Shown: piece after piece, positions 10,494 through 19,586 of the stretch
How positions within the stretch are numbered: position 1 is the stretch's first letter
Layout of the letters: each line of letters begins with the position of its first letter
Assembly: GCA_964646465.1 (NCBI GenBank)
Contig: CAZYEN010000015.1
Span: 1-63,987 of the forward strand
DNA length: 63,987 nt
Reading direction: 5' to 3'
Source: an uncultured Candidatus Saccharibacteria bacterium
GTDB taxonomy: Bacteria > Patescibacteriota > Minisyncoccia > SW-4-49-11
Position numbers and translations under genes: made by a program
Notes under the pieces: model-generated
What the model saw: only the letters and a program-made list of their open reading frames with translations
Database searches by the model: none
What the model was told of the DNA's origin: nothing

Positions 10494-11764
10494 ATTTTAT
10501 CAATTAAGCCCAATAACTTAGCGACCTCTTTTGGCCAATTATGCTGAGATAGATCCTCTTGTTGCCTTTTTAGTAAATCTACTCTAGCCTCTTTATTCTG
10601 AATAAAGTGAAGAATACTATTGGCAAAAGCCTCAATATCATAATAGGCAAAAGTCGGAGTAGATGGCACCACCGCAATAAAACCACTAGTCTCGGAGGCT
10701 ATAGTAGGTACTCCAGAACGAATCGCCTCTAATGCGGTTAAGCCAAATGGCTCATTTGGAGAAGGCATCACGAATAACTGACTAGTTTTATATAATTGCT
10801 TTTTCGCCTCTCCATTCACCCAACCTGTAAATAAAATATTTCTCTCTAACTTTCTTTTCGCCACATGCTCCACAATTTCAGGCAATAAATTACCCTCTGG
10901 AGAACCATCTCCTGCGATAATAAAAGTTACCTGTGGGTCAATTTGCAAAACCCTAACCGCCGTTTCCAGTAAGAAAAACAAGCCCTTTTGTCCAACTACC
11001 CTACCCACAAAAAGCACATTCTTACCCTTATCTAAATGCTCAAAACCAATTTTTTCCGGCTCAAAACTAATATCATTATAAATGGGTTGGATTTTCTCAG
11101 CCGGGATATTATAATCCTCCACCAGGACTTGTTTGGAAATATCTGAGACCACGGCAAGTTTTTCAGCTTGATAAAAACCTTTTTTCTCCAGCTCATATAG
11201 AGCTTTAGCGGTGTGATCATTATTCTGTATATACCCACCCGATCTATCTACCTCACTGGAATTAATATGATAATAAAAAGGTGTCTCAATCTTATGATGC
11301 AAAAGCAAAAAATGAGCAGGGATAGCCAGCCAATCCATACCATAAATCACATCAAATTTCTGCTTGTTTTTGGTAAGCCAATCATACACAGCATAGGCAT
11401 AAGCTCTGGTCAACACGGGAGCATTATTGGGGTATAAAGTTTCTTTTTTATTCTCACCCTTGCTATACAATAAAGGCCATTTGATATTGTTTTGCTTCTT
11501 TTTACCTTTTGGGACAAATTCAGTTAAAGTAAAGTCTTCTAAACCAGGAATTAGCTTGTCTTGTTTAGCATACTTTTTGATTTCTTTTTCAAGTGAAATA
11601 ATATCTGGGATATTATCAGCATTATGAGGCACCAAAACTGTAACTTCAGCTGCTTGACTCCTAAGTTCATCCACTAAGCTTCTTACCAAAACTCCCAATC
11701 CACCTTCCATCAAGGGTAGTATTTCCCAAGACAAAATTAGAATTTTTGTGGAAGCTTTAGCCAT
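10490..11764 (-). CDS. GT-B glycosyltransferase (GT4/GT5, glycogen-synthase-like)
   Basis: C-terminal E-x7-E region PSPNEPFGLTALEAIRSGVP. N-terminal GGLG motif. Confidence 0.75.
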   Translation of the reverse strand: MAKASTKILILSWEILPLMEGGLGVLVRSLVDELRSQAAEVTVLVPHNADNIPDIISLEKEIKKYAKQDKLIPGLEDFTLTEFVPKGKKKQNNIKWPLLYSKGENKKETLYPNNAPVLTRAYAYAVYDWLTKNKQKFDVIYGMDWLAIPAHFLLLHHKIETPFYYHINSSEVDRSGGYIQNNDHTAKALYELEKKGFYQAEKLAVVSDISKQVLVEDYNIPAEKIQPIYNDISFEPEKIGFEHLDKGKNVLFVGRVVGQKGLFFLLETAVRVLQIDPQVTFIIAGDGSPEGNLLPEIVEHVAKRKLERNILFTGWVNGEAKKQLYKTSQLFVMPSPNEPFGLTALEAIRSGVPTIASETSGFIAVVPSTPTFAYYDIEAFANSILHFIQNKEARVDLLKRQQEDLSQHNWPKEVAKLLGLIDKI

Positions 11765-11841
11765 ATTTATAATAATATTATATTTGTTATATTATACCAT
11801 AAATTTAAGGGAAAAGCGAATTTTGGGAGGGGATTATAATC

Positions 11842-13389
11842 CTAGACCACCCTTTTATATAGAGAATACCCCTCTTTAGAATCAATATCTGGAGCTAGGG
11901 CTCTTATACTATTCGGAGGCATAGTAATCTCCAATAAACCAGCATAACCTCCTAGGGGTTCTAATGCCTCACCAGCTATTGGCTGCAATAAATCTTTGAG
12001 TACAGCCACCTCAGTAATAGAACCATTGCGCCACTGTATATGCTCGGTTATGGTCTCATTACTTGGATTCACAATTACCAAAACCGTATCCGCCACTTGA
12101 TTGGTATATCTCTCAAAAGCCAATAATCGATGAGCTGGAGCTATTCTAAAATCCCCCACTCGCAAAGCTCGATGCTTTTTTCTAAAATTGACTAATTCTT
12201 TAACCCAAATTAAATCTGCATTATTATCATTAACTTGACTCCAGTCCATAGCAGCTCTTTGCTCCGGATCCCAACCACCAGTCATCCCGACTTCACTGCC
12301 ATAATACAGATTAGGAGACCCCGGAAGAGTAAATTGTAAAACTTGAGCTAATTTTCTTTTGATAGGATTTTCGACTCTAGTAGCTAATCTTTGTAAGTCA
12401 TGATTATCCAGGAAGGTCCAACTTTTTAAGAGTGGTTCTATACCAATATCCAAAATTGTATGGCTAAGCATAGAAGCCACAGTCTCCACTTTAATCTGCT
12501 CTTCTACAAGCAAAATAATCAGACTCCTAAAATGATAATTCACCACTCCATCCATAGCTGGCATCCAACCCGCTGGATAATTTATAATCTCCCCCACCAC
12601 CAGAGAATTTGGCTTCTCTTGATGAGTAGCTTGAGTTAATTCAGACAGAAAATAATGACCCAAATCATAAGCCGTGTCTAGTCTCCAACCATCCACACCA
12701 TCTTGCAAATAAGTTTTGACCACTGAATTTTTAGCCTGCCATAAATATTCCTGCACTGCGGGGTTTTCCAAATTTAATTCTGGCAAATTGATCTGCCCTC
12801 GCCAGGTACAAGCTCCTCCGGGTAAACTTGTATCAAAAAAGAACCAATCCCTCCAAGGACTATTAGGATTATGCATTGCATCTTGGAATTGAGTAGAATT
12901 ACGCCCTATATGATTAAAAACCCCATCCAAAACTAATTTCATACCACGGCTATGCAAATTATCAGCTAAAGCCCTCAAATCCTCTGCCGTCCCTAATTCT
13001 GGGGAAATTTGCTTAAAGTCTAGACAATCATATTTATGATTCGTAAAACCTAGCTGAATCGGGCTTAAATACAAAACCTCAATTCCCAAACTCTGTATAT
13101 AATCTAATTTACTAATTAAACTTTGCAAATCCCCGCCCCAAAAATCTAATTCCTGGGCATAAACATTCAGCTCTGAGTTATACTCTCCAGCCTGAGGCTT
13201 ATCTGACCAATCTCTTAAATTTCGTGGAGCTGAATACAAATCTTTTTTAGCCTCCAAATCCAAACTAGGAGCAAATCTATCGACAATAACTTGATATACA
13301 ATAGCCCCATTGCGCCAATCTAATTCTCTCTTGGTATAAATGTCTATCTCTATCTGAGTGCCTATGTCGTTTGTATCTTGCTGTGGCAT
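11842..13389 (-). CDS. GH13 alpha-amylase family enzyme (neopullulanase/cyclomaltodextrinase-like)
   Basis: GH13 conserved regions DGVFNHIG, DGWRLDTAYD, VGEI and FLDNHDL. Confidence 0.85.
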   Translation of the reverse strand: MPQQDTNDIGTQIEIDIYTKRELDWRNGAIVYQVIVDRFAPSLDLEAKKDLYSAPRNLRDWSDKPQAGEYNSELNVYAQELDFWGGDLQSLISKLDYIQSLGIEVLYLSPIQLGFTNHKYDCLDFKQISPELGTAEDLRALADNLHSRGMKLVLDGVFNHIGRNSTQFQDAMHNPNSPWRDWFFFDTSLPGGACTWRGQINLPELNLENPAVQEYLWQAKNSVVKTYLQDGVDGWRLDTAYDLGHYFLSELTQATHQEKPNSLVVGEIINYPAGWMPAMDGVVNYHFRSLIILLVEEQIKVETVASMLSHTILDIGIEPLLKSWTFLDNHDLQRLATRVENPIKRKLAQVLQFTLPGSPNLYYGSEVGMTGGWDPEQRAAMDWSQVNDNNADLIWVKELVNFRKKHRALRVGDFRIAPAHRLLAFERYTNQVADTVLVIVNPSNETITEHIQWRNGSITEVAVLKDLLQPIAGEALEPLGGYAGLLEITMPPNSIRALAPDIDSKEGYSLYKRVV

Positions 13390-13408
13390 TCTGGTAATTT
13401 ATATATCT

Positions 13409-13437
13409 TACCCCGCAATCTCAATTGAGACAGTGAT
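13409..13437. repeat. Left copy of the 29-bp direct repeat (orphan duplicate of the ileS 3' end); putative att site
   Basis: TACCCCGCAATCTCAATTGAGACAGTGAT matches 22245-22273 at 28 of 29 positions in the same orientation. It contains the palindrome TCTCAATTGAGA. Confidence 0.85.
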
Positions 13438-13562
13438 AAAATTTTGAGAAGTATTATATTTATTATATTATAACATAATAATCACGCAATTGATAATACA
13501 AATTTGGAGTGGAGGATTTTGTAATTCTGTCCTTTGAGCTTTTGCCTTTTATAGTGAAGAGC

Positions 13563-16500
13563 TTATCTCTCCTCAAATTCTCTACGAGAAATATTAAAGA
13601 ACTTCTCAAAAAATCGAGTCAGTTTTTGTAAAATACTTTCACGCTTTTTGGTATAGGCTCCATCAGGAGAGAATCGTGAGGGTTTAGTTTCCATAATCTG
13701 AGCAACTCCTGTCCCAGTACCCGCAATAGCACCATCTCGAAAAGCATTTTGTACAAAAGCATAAGTTGCTTCTCGATTCAATTCTTCACTCTCAATAATA
13801 GCCTCAAGCTCTTCAACCTTTTTCTCCTCCACAAATCTATGCCAATCATCATCCACATTCGATTGAATATCTAGCGAAGTAATAAATTGATTAATCAAAT
13901 CTTTCTTGTTACGAAGTTCGATACTCGAATCAATCGCCTTATTAATATCCACCAAAATCTCTTTATCTTGAGTATTATCCTCATGATATTTTTTAATCAA
14001 AGTCAAAATATAATCAATATTAATCTCAATTTGCTTGATAAGCTCCATCTCAAACACAAGATCCTCATTAATATTTTCTTTATCCTCATCTATTGTTTTA
14101 CGGAACTCATGATATAAATCAATATATTTACTATGATAATCTTGAATATCACGATCAGATAACATCTCATTCCCCGCAAACTCATCAAAAGTAGTCAAGA
14201 TATTCCTCAACCGCAAAATTGAACCATATAATTTGATAAACTCTTTTTTACCCGACTCACTAATAATCTCTTCATTCACGGGAAACTCTTGCAACAATTC
14301 ATCAATAGAGCTTTTATACCCTTTTATCTCCTTATCCCCATCCCGATAACCATGATAATAATCTCCATAAGCCTTCAGTAACACAATACCACTCGCCTCT
14401 TTATCACCAAATAATGCAATTGATTCATTCGTCACCCTCTCAAGATTTCGGAAACACACAATATTCCCAAAAGTCTTCACACTATTCAAGATACGATTTG
14501 TTCGCGAATAAGCCTGAAGCAATCCATGTAAACGCAAATTTTTATCCACCCAGAGAGTATTCAACGTTGTCGCATCAAATCCAGTCAAAAACATATTCAC
14601 CACAATCAAGATATCAATTTCGCGATTCTTTACCCTTTCACTCACATCCTTATAATAACTTTGGAATTTATCCGAAGAAGTATCCCAAGAAGTCCCAAAC
14701 ATTCCATTATAATCCTTGATAGCATTCTCAAGGAAATCTCGAGAGCTCATATCAAGTCCACTCGTATCCTCAGAATTTTCATCAATCAATCCATCAGCAT
14801 CCTCATCATTTGCCCCAAAGCTAAAAATAGTCGCAATTTTTAACTGCTTATCACTTGGCAAATCAGCTAACTGTTTTTTGAACTCAAGATAATATTGTTT
14901 TGCCATCGGGATAGAAGCCACCGCAAAAATAGAATTAAACCCAGCCAATCGACGGTCTTTAAGACGATAAAAACTATTTCGCTTTGTCTTTTGATCAAAA
15001 TGCTCCCGAATATACCCCACAATATTCTCAAGCCTCTCAGGAGATGCCAATACCTTCTCACGATCAATATCATTCACCTTTTTATCTTCAATATTCTCCG
15101 CCTCCCTCACCGTCGAAACATAATCCACCTTAAAGGGGAGTACATTCTTATCCGCAATCGCATTTACAATCGTATAGGTATGTAATTTATCCCCAAAAGC
15201 CTGCTCAGTCGTCTTGAGATCAGGACGCCCACCACCAGAAGCATTAATTGCAAAAATTGGCGTACCCGTAAATCCAAAAATATGATAATTCTTAAATGTC
15301 TTCGTAATAGCAGAATGCATATTCCCAAATTGAGACCGATGACATTCATCAAAAATCAGCACAATATGCCCATCAAAAATAATATGTCCATCATTACGCC
15401 CAATAAACCGATCCAGCTTCTGAATAGTCGTAATAATAATGCGAGATTCAGGATTTTCTAATTGCTGTTTGAGAATAGCCGTACTCGTATTACTATCCGC
15501 CGCCCCCTTTTGGAACTTATCATATTCCTTCATCGTCTGATAATCCAAATCCTTACGATCAACCACAAAAATAACCTTATCAATATAATCAAGTTTGCTC
15601 ACCAATTGAGACGTCTTAAAACTCGTCAAAGTCTTCCCCGAACCCGTCGTATGCCAAATATATCCACCAGCCTCAACAGTACCCAGCTTTTTATAATTCG
15701 TACTCACTTCAATACGATTCATAATACGCTCAGTCGCCACAATTTGATATGGTCTCATCACCAATAATTGCTTATCCGAAGTAAAGACACAATACTTCGT
15801 CAAAATATTCAGAATTGCATGCTTAGCAAAAAATGTCTTCGTAAAATCCATCAAATCCGTAATAGGTCTATTGGTAGCATCAGCCCACCAACTCGTAAAT
15901 TCATAACTATTACTACTACGCTTCCCCTTTTTAGCAGAATTTTGATTCGCCTCCTTGATATGTTGATTACGCGTAGTATTACTATAATATTTAGTATGAG
16001 TACCATTCGAGATTACAAATAATTGCACATACTCGAATAGTCCAGAATCAGCCCAAAAGCTTTCCCGCTGATAGCGATTAATCTGATTAAAAGCCTCTTG
16101 AATAGCAACGCCTCGACGCTTCAATTCAATATGTACCATAGGTAAACCATTTACCAAAATAGTTACATCATAGCGATTAGCCCTTTGCCCCTCCTCAGGA
16201 GTATATTGATTCAAAACCTGCAGACTATTATTATGAATAGATTTTTTATCTATCAAATCAATATTTTTAATAGAACCATCATCACGATACAATAATTTTC
16301 TACTATCCTCCTGAATAGTAGTTGTCTTCTCCTCAATACTTTGATTGGGATTAGCAATTGCAGTCTTAAAAAACTTCTCCCATTCCGTATCACTAAATTG
16401 TATATTATTTAATTTCTCCAATTGATGACGCAAATTCAAAACCAAATCAGTCTCAGAAGTAATACTCAAATATTCATAAGCCTGACTTTCTAATTGCTTG

Positions 16501-16631
16501 ATAAAAGCTCGCTCCAATTCCGCCTCACTCTGATAGCTCTCCTCTCTTACAGATGAAAGTATATATTCACCCACAACCGTACTTTGATTCTGTTGAGCGA
16601 CAAGATTATATTGAGATGTTTTATCTGACAT
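13563..16631 (-). CDS. hsdR: Type I restriction endonuclease subunit R
   Basis: SF2 helicase motifs TGSGKT and DECHRSQ, 1022 aa, with hsdS and hsdM on the same strand. Confidence 0.95.
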   Translation of the reverse strand: MSDKTSQYNLVAQQNQSTVVGEYILSSVREESYQSEAELERAFIKQLESQAYEYLSITSETDLVLNLRHQLEKLNNIQFSDTEWEKFFKTAIANPNQSIEEKTTTIQEDSRKLLYRDDGSIKNIDLIDKKSIHNNSLQVLNQYTPEEGQRANRYDVTILVNGLPMVHIELKRRGVAIQEAFNQINRYQRESFWADSGLFEYVQLFVISNGTHTKYYSNTTRNQHIKEANQNSAKKGKRSSNSYEFTSWWADATNRPITDLMDFTKTFFAKHAILNILTKYCVFTSDKQLLVMRPYQIVATERIMNRIEVSTNYKKLGTVEAGGYIWHTTGSGKTLTSFKTSQLVSKLDYIDKVIFVVDRKDLDYQTMKEYDKFQKGAADSNTSTAILKQQLENPESRIIITTIQKLDRFIGRNDGHIIFDGHIVLIFDECHRSQFGNMHSAITKTFKNYHIFGFTGTPIFAINASGGGRPDLKTTEQAFGDKLHTYTIVNAIADKNVLPFKVDYVSTVREAENIEDKKVNDIDREKVLASPERLENIVGYIREHFDQKTKRNSFYRLKDRRLAGFNSIFAVASIPMAKQYYLEFKKQLADLPSDKQLKIATIFSFGANDEDADGLIDENSEDTSGLDMSSRDFLENAIKDYNGMFGTSWDTSSDKFQSYYKDVSERVKNREIDILIVVNMFLTGFDATTLNTLWVDKNLRLHGLLQAYSRTNRILNSVKTFGNIVCFRNLERVTNESIALFGDKEASGIVLLKAYGDYYHGYRDGDKEIKGYKSSIDELLQEFPVNEEIISESGKKEFIKLYGSILRLRNILTTFDEFAGNEMLSDRDIQDYHSKYIDLYHEFRKTIDEDKENINEDLVFEMELIKQIEINIDYILTLIKKYHEDNTQDKEILVDINKAIDSSIELRNKKDLINQFITSLDIQSNVDDDWHRFVEEKKVEELEAIIESEELNREATYAFVQNAFRDGAIAGTGTGVAQIMETKPSRFSPDGAYTKKRESILQKLTRFFEKFFNISRREFEER

Positions 16632-16752
16632 AAGGATACAATTATCAATTAATAATGAAGGATCAAGAATTATGTATTTTCTGCTTCATTGAAATCTTTA
16701 TCTTACCCATAATTTTACACAATTTTTTTACTTATGTATATACTATCATATT

Positions 16753-17382
16753 TTATTTATTAAAATTATTCGGATGAAGAGAATCTAGTTCCCAATTTAT
16801 AGGGTTATTGATTATATATTCCTGTATACGAAATAAATCTTTATCATTTCTAATAATATGATCATAAAAAGATTTTTGCCAAAAAGTTCCATGTTTATTC
16901 AAAGTAGACTTCGTAGAGTCGGCGCCCTTAAACTTCGTAGAGTCGGCGCCCTCGCCGACACTTTCCCTCACACACCCACCGACACTCTCCTTAAACTCTC
17001 TCAAAGAAACCCTTTTAAACGAACTGACCACATCCCCCAAACTGACCTTTTTTCCCGTTACCAAAGAACAAGAATTCTCATCAAGTCCAATGATACCATG
17101 AAAATGATTCGGCATAATCACATATTCATCAAGAATAACATCCGAATAACATTGAGTTGTATTCAACCACACTTTTTCAATAATTTTTCCCAAGAGGTTA
17201 AGTTTGTATTTTGGACTTGATTGTATCGGCGAGGGTACCAATATAAACTCTGTGGTATTCTGTGTCGGCGAGGGCGCCGACTCTACGAAAATACATTGCA
17301 TATTGTAAGTGCATAAGGTGATAAAATACCAATATCCGCCTTGATATAAATTTTTGGATAAACGATTATTTTGTCGTTTCAT
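16753..17382 (-). CDS. RAYT / IS200-like HUH (Y1) transposase-family protein
   Basis: HUH motif MPNHFHGII. C-terminal block FWQKSFYDHIIRNDKDLFRIQEYIINNP, typical of REP-associated tyrosine transposases. Two loop regions are encoded by GC-rich hairpin repeats. Confidence 0.75.
   Translation of the reverse strand: MKRQNNRLSKNLYQGGYWYFITLCTYNMQCIFVESAPSPTQNTTEFILVPSPIQSSPKYKLNLLGKIIEKVWLNTTQCYSDVILDEYVIMPNHFHGIIGLDENSCSLVTGKKVSLGDVVSSFKRVSLREFKESVGGCVRESVGEGADSTKFKGADSTKSTLNKHGTFWQKSFYDHIIRNDKDLFRIQEYIINNPINWELDSLHPNNFNK
16907..16960 (+). repeat. Tandem GTAG-hairpin (REP-like) units inside the RAYT-like CDS
   Basis: ACTTCGTAGAGTCGGCGCCCT occurs twice with a 24-nt period. The second unit has the full hairpin GTCGGCG-CCCT-CGCCGAC (16942-16959), preceded by GTAG (16937-16940). 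Confidence 0.85.
17222..17289 (-). repeat. Inverted GTAG-hairpin (REP-like) units inside the RAYT-like CDS
   Basis: 17263-17289 is the exact 27-nt reverse complement of 16934-16960 (TTCGTAGAGTCGGCGCCCTCGCCGACA). A degenerate copy lies at 17222-17238. Confidence 0.85.
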
Positions 17383-17423
17383 ATTTTATATTTTCCCAAT
17401 TTGGGATTTTTTGTAAAATTTCC

Positions 17424-18608
17424 TTAATTCTGAATTTCCTGAAAGGTAAGAAGTTTATTGCGATAATATTTATATTGCTGACGACGAGCCTTAAGCTCAG
17501 CAGGTAGCCCAATAGAGATATTATTCACTAAATCATCGAATTTATCAAGTATAGAGACAATTCGCTCTTGTTCAGCAAGAGGTGGGACGGGGATTTTGAT
17601 TTTTGACATTACATTACTCATAATTTTGGGGTTTCCCATTCCAGAGCTAACATACTTTTTTGAAACAGTAGCTAGGATATATGATAAAAATTTTATATTA
17701 ACATTATCATCCTTCACTTTTAAAAGCCCACAAACATTAGTAATACTAAACTTTCCCTTACGATAAAAAATTGAACCAGCATGTGCACCATCTGTCGTCC
17801 AAGTTATATACTCCCCATCATAATCATATGTATCTATATTGCCAAAGATACCGTAATTTACCGTTTGAGAAGAATATACAGGATATTTCCCAGCATTATC
17901 TTTAAGATAATCTTTAGACATAACCCTACCACGACTAATTAAGCAAATTTCTTCAATTTTTTTCTGTTCCACATCATCACCAAAAGACAAAAGTCCATCT
18001 CGATAAAAATCATACTGTTTTTTACGAGCTTCTAGCTCTGCTTCTAGCTCTGCTTCTAGCTCGGTAAAATGATCCAAAATCCTCACAATCTCCTCCTGTA
18101 CTGAAAGTGGAGGGACGGGAATTTTGAATTTTGCTAACCAAGTTGTACTCATATTTTTCTGCCCTCCTCCCGTCGCATTACTCATTGCCTCTGTTTCAAA
18201 ACTATCTTGATCAAAAAAATGGAACAGATAGCGTGTTAAAACCAAGCTCTCATCAGCCCTAATACAAGCTACTCGTTGATTAAGCCCAGCTGGTAAATTT
18301 ACACTAGCTATCATAGCAACTCTACCAACATTCCCAGTTAAAGACATCACTAAATCATTTTCTTTTAATAAATATTTTTCAATCTCTTTTTTTGTATCTA
18401 GAGAATAAAATTTCAAATCTTTATCAGACATTTTACCTTTTTGAACATCAGAAATTCGAATAACACGAATCCCTTTTTCAGTATATTTACTGCTTTTAAA
18501 TGAATATCCATTCAAAATCTCTGCAATTTCTCTTACACTCTTAAACTCCACCCCATTGGGGCATAGTTCTTTAATTAGTGATTCAATTTTGGAATATTTT
18601 TCACTCAT
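17424..18608 (-). CDS. hsdS: Type I restriction-modification specificity subunit
   Basis: Two target-recognition domains separated by conserved helical spacers: ...EEIVRILDHF...(ELEA)3RKKQY... and ...QERIVSILDKF...LKARRQQY. Confidence 0.9.
   Translation of the reverse strand: MSEKYSKIESLIKELCPNGVEFKSVREIAEILNGYSFKSSKYTEKGIRVIRISDVQKGKMSDKDLKFYSLDTKKEIEKYLLKENDLVMSLTGNVGRVAMIASVNLPAGLNQRVACIRADESLVLTRYLFHFFDQDSFETEAMSNATGGGQKNMSTTWLAKFKIPVPPLSVQEEIVRILDHFTELEAELEAELEARKKQYDFYRDGLLSFGDDVEQKKIEEICLISRGRVMSKDYLKDNAGKYPVYSSQTVNYGIFGNIDTYDYDGEYITWTTDGAHAGSIFYRKGKFSITNVCGLLKVKDDNVNIKFLSYILATVSKKYVSSGMGNPKIMSNVMSKIKIPVPPLAEQERIVSILDKFDDLVNNISIGLPAELKARRQQYKYYRNKLLTFQEIQN
18028..18063. repeat. 3 x 12-bp tandem repeat in the central conserved region of hsdS
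   Basis: GCTTCTAGCTCT occurs three times (the last base of copy 3 differs). It encodes ELEA-ELEA-ELEA. Confidence 0.9.
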
Positions 18609-18609
18609 A

Positions 18610-18960
18610 TTATTTTTTAGTTAAATACACACAGATAATATACACTGTAATAGCCGGAATACCTATTGAGAAGGCAAGTATATAATTTCCTATTGGAAAA
18701 TAACTTAATGAAAAACCAAATAGTACAGAAGATATAAATTCAAAAACAGTTATTAGGCTATAGTTTTTTAGTTTTGCATCTAATAAAATATAACTCTTTT
18801 CAATTTCATGATTTTTCAATCGAAATTTTTCACATTCGTCTTGTGTTTTTTTAAGAGATGCTTCAAGATTATTTACTTTTTCTAACATCATCTTATATGC
18901 AACTGTGGTAGATTGTTCTTTCTTAGTTAGATTATTTTTCTGCTTTCTTCCAGACCTCAT
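18610..18960 (-). CDS. Small coiled-coil protein with two C-terminal TM helices
   Basis: 116 aa. It lies 1 nt from both the upstream stop and the hsdS start, suggesting translational coupling. It has a basic N-terminus, a heptad-like middle and hydrophobic segments VFEFISSVLFGFSL and ILAFSIGIPAITVYIICVYL. Confidence 0.6.
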   Translation of the reverse strand: MRSGRKQKNNLTKKEQSTTVAYKMMLEKVNNLEASLKKTQDECEKFRLKNHEIEKSYILLDAKLKNYSLITVFEFISSVLFGFSLSYFPIGNYILAFSIGIPAITVYIICVYLTKK

Positions 18961-18961
18961 A

Positions 18962-19303
18962 CTATTTAAAAAGTTGGATTAAACCAAAAGATGACCAGCT
19001 AAATTGTTTTGTTGGCTTTCTATGAGGTATTTGTGGAATAGCTGGAATGGGGGGTATTTGTGGAATAGGAAATATTGGAGATGGATAGTCATTAGATAAT
19101 TCTGAAAAACCAACAACAAAACCATATAAATCTCTTATAACATATCCCTCTAGCCAACCCAGATGTTTACCTTTATATGAATAAATAATATTATCCTTCT
19201 CATAACCTAGGTTATATCCATGTTTATCACAAAAAGTACCTTCTGTTGAAAATATTACTTGAGGAGTACCATACCTATCATAGAACCAAATATTATTACT
19301 CAT
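18962..19303 (-). CDS. Small beta-hairpin-repeat protein (4-fold beta-flower-like) with a Pro-rich repeat tail
   Basis: 113 aa with repeated G/aromatic hairpin units (YGTPQVIF, HGYNLGY, KGKHLGWLEGY, LYGFVVGF). The tail is PIFPIPQIPPIPAIPQIP. The family assignment is by pattern only. Confidence 0.55.
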   Translation of the reverse strand: MSNNIWFYDRYGTPQVIFSTEGTFCDKHGYNLGYEKDNIIYSYKGKHLGWLEGYVIRDLYGFVVGFSELSNDYPSPIFPIPQIPPIPAIPQIPHRKPTKQFSWSSFGLIQLFK

Positions 19304-19468
19304 AAAAATTATTATTGTTTTCTATATCCACTACTATATTATCAATCTTTTCTTGTATGAACTTTATTGCTTGCTCTTTGTCCATGTATTATTGAAATAT
19401 TTATATCTCTATTATAGCATAATTATATTAATATGAGAGTAGTTTTCAAAAATCCAATTCTTCTTGTG

Positions 19469-19519
19469 GACTGAGCCTGTCGAAGCCCTAGATCCCATCG
19501 CCTTCGATAAACTCAGGCT
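19469..19519. repeat. GC-rich imperfect palindrome (REP-like element)
   Basis: In GACTGAGCCTGTCGAAGCCCTAGATCCCATCGCCTTCGATAAACTCAGGCT the arms CTGAG/CTCAG and TCGAAG/CTTCGA pair. It sits between two divergent promoters. Confidence 0.6.
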
Positions 19520-19551
19520 ACTTCTGTTTTATCCATTACTACTCATTGCTA

Positions 19552-19580
19552 TTGAAAACATAAAAGGATTATGGTATAAT
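19552..19580 (+). promoter_or_regulatory. Near-consensus sigma70-type promoter with extended -10
   Basis: TTGAAA (19552-19557), a 17-nt spacer, then TGgTATAAT (19572-19580). Confidence 0.6.
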
Positions 19581-19586
19581 GTATTT

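Noticed and set aside
11032-11627. Short ORFs 11032-11238 (-), 11213-11437 (+) and 11427-11627 (+)
   Set aside because: They are embedded in or antisense to the glycosyltransferase gene 10490-11764 and are shadow ORFs.
13887-16022. Series of plus-strand ORFs (13887-14117, 14414-14719, 14661-14843, 14895-15185, 15462-15767, 15768-16022) and minus-strand out-of-frame ORFs inside hsdR
   Set aside because: All lie within or antisense to the well-supported 1022-aa hsdR reading frame. Their products are low-complexity (I/L/N/R/S-rich), as expected for shadow ORFs in AT-rich DNA.
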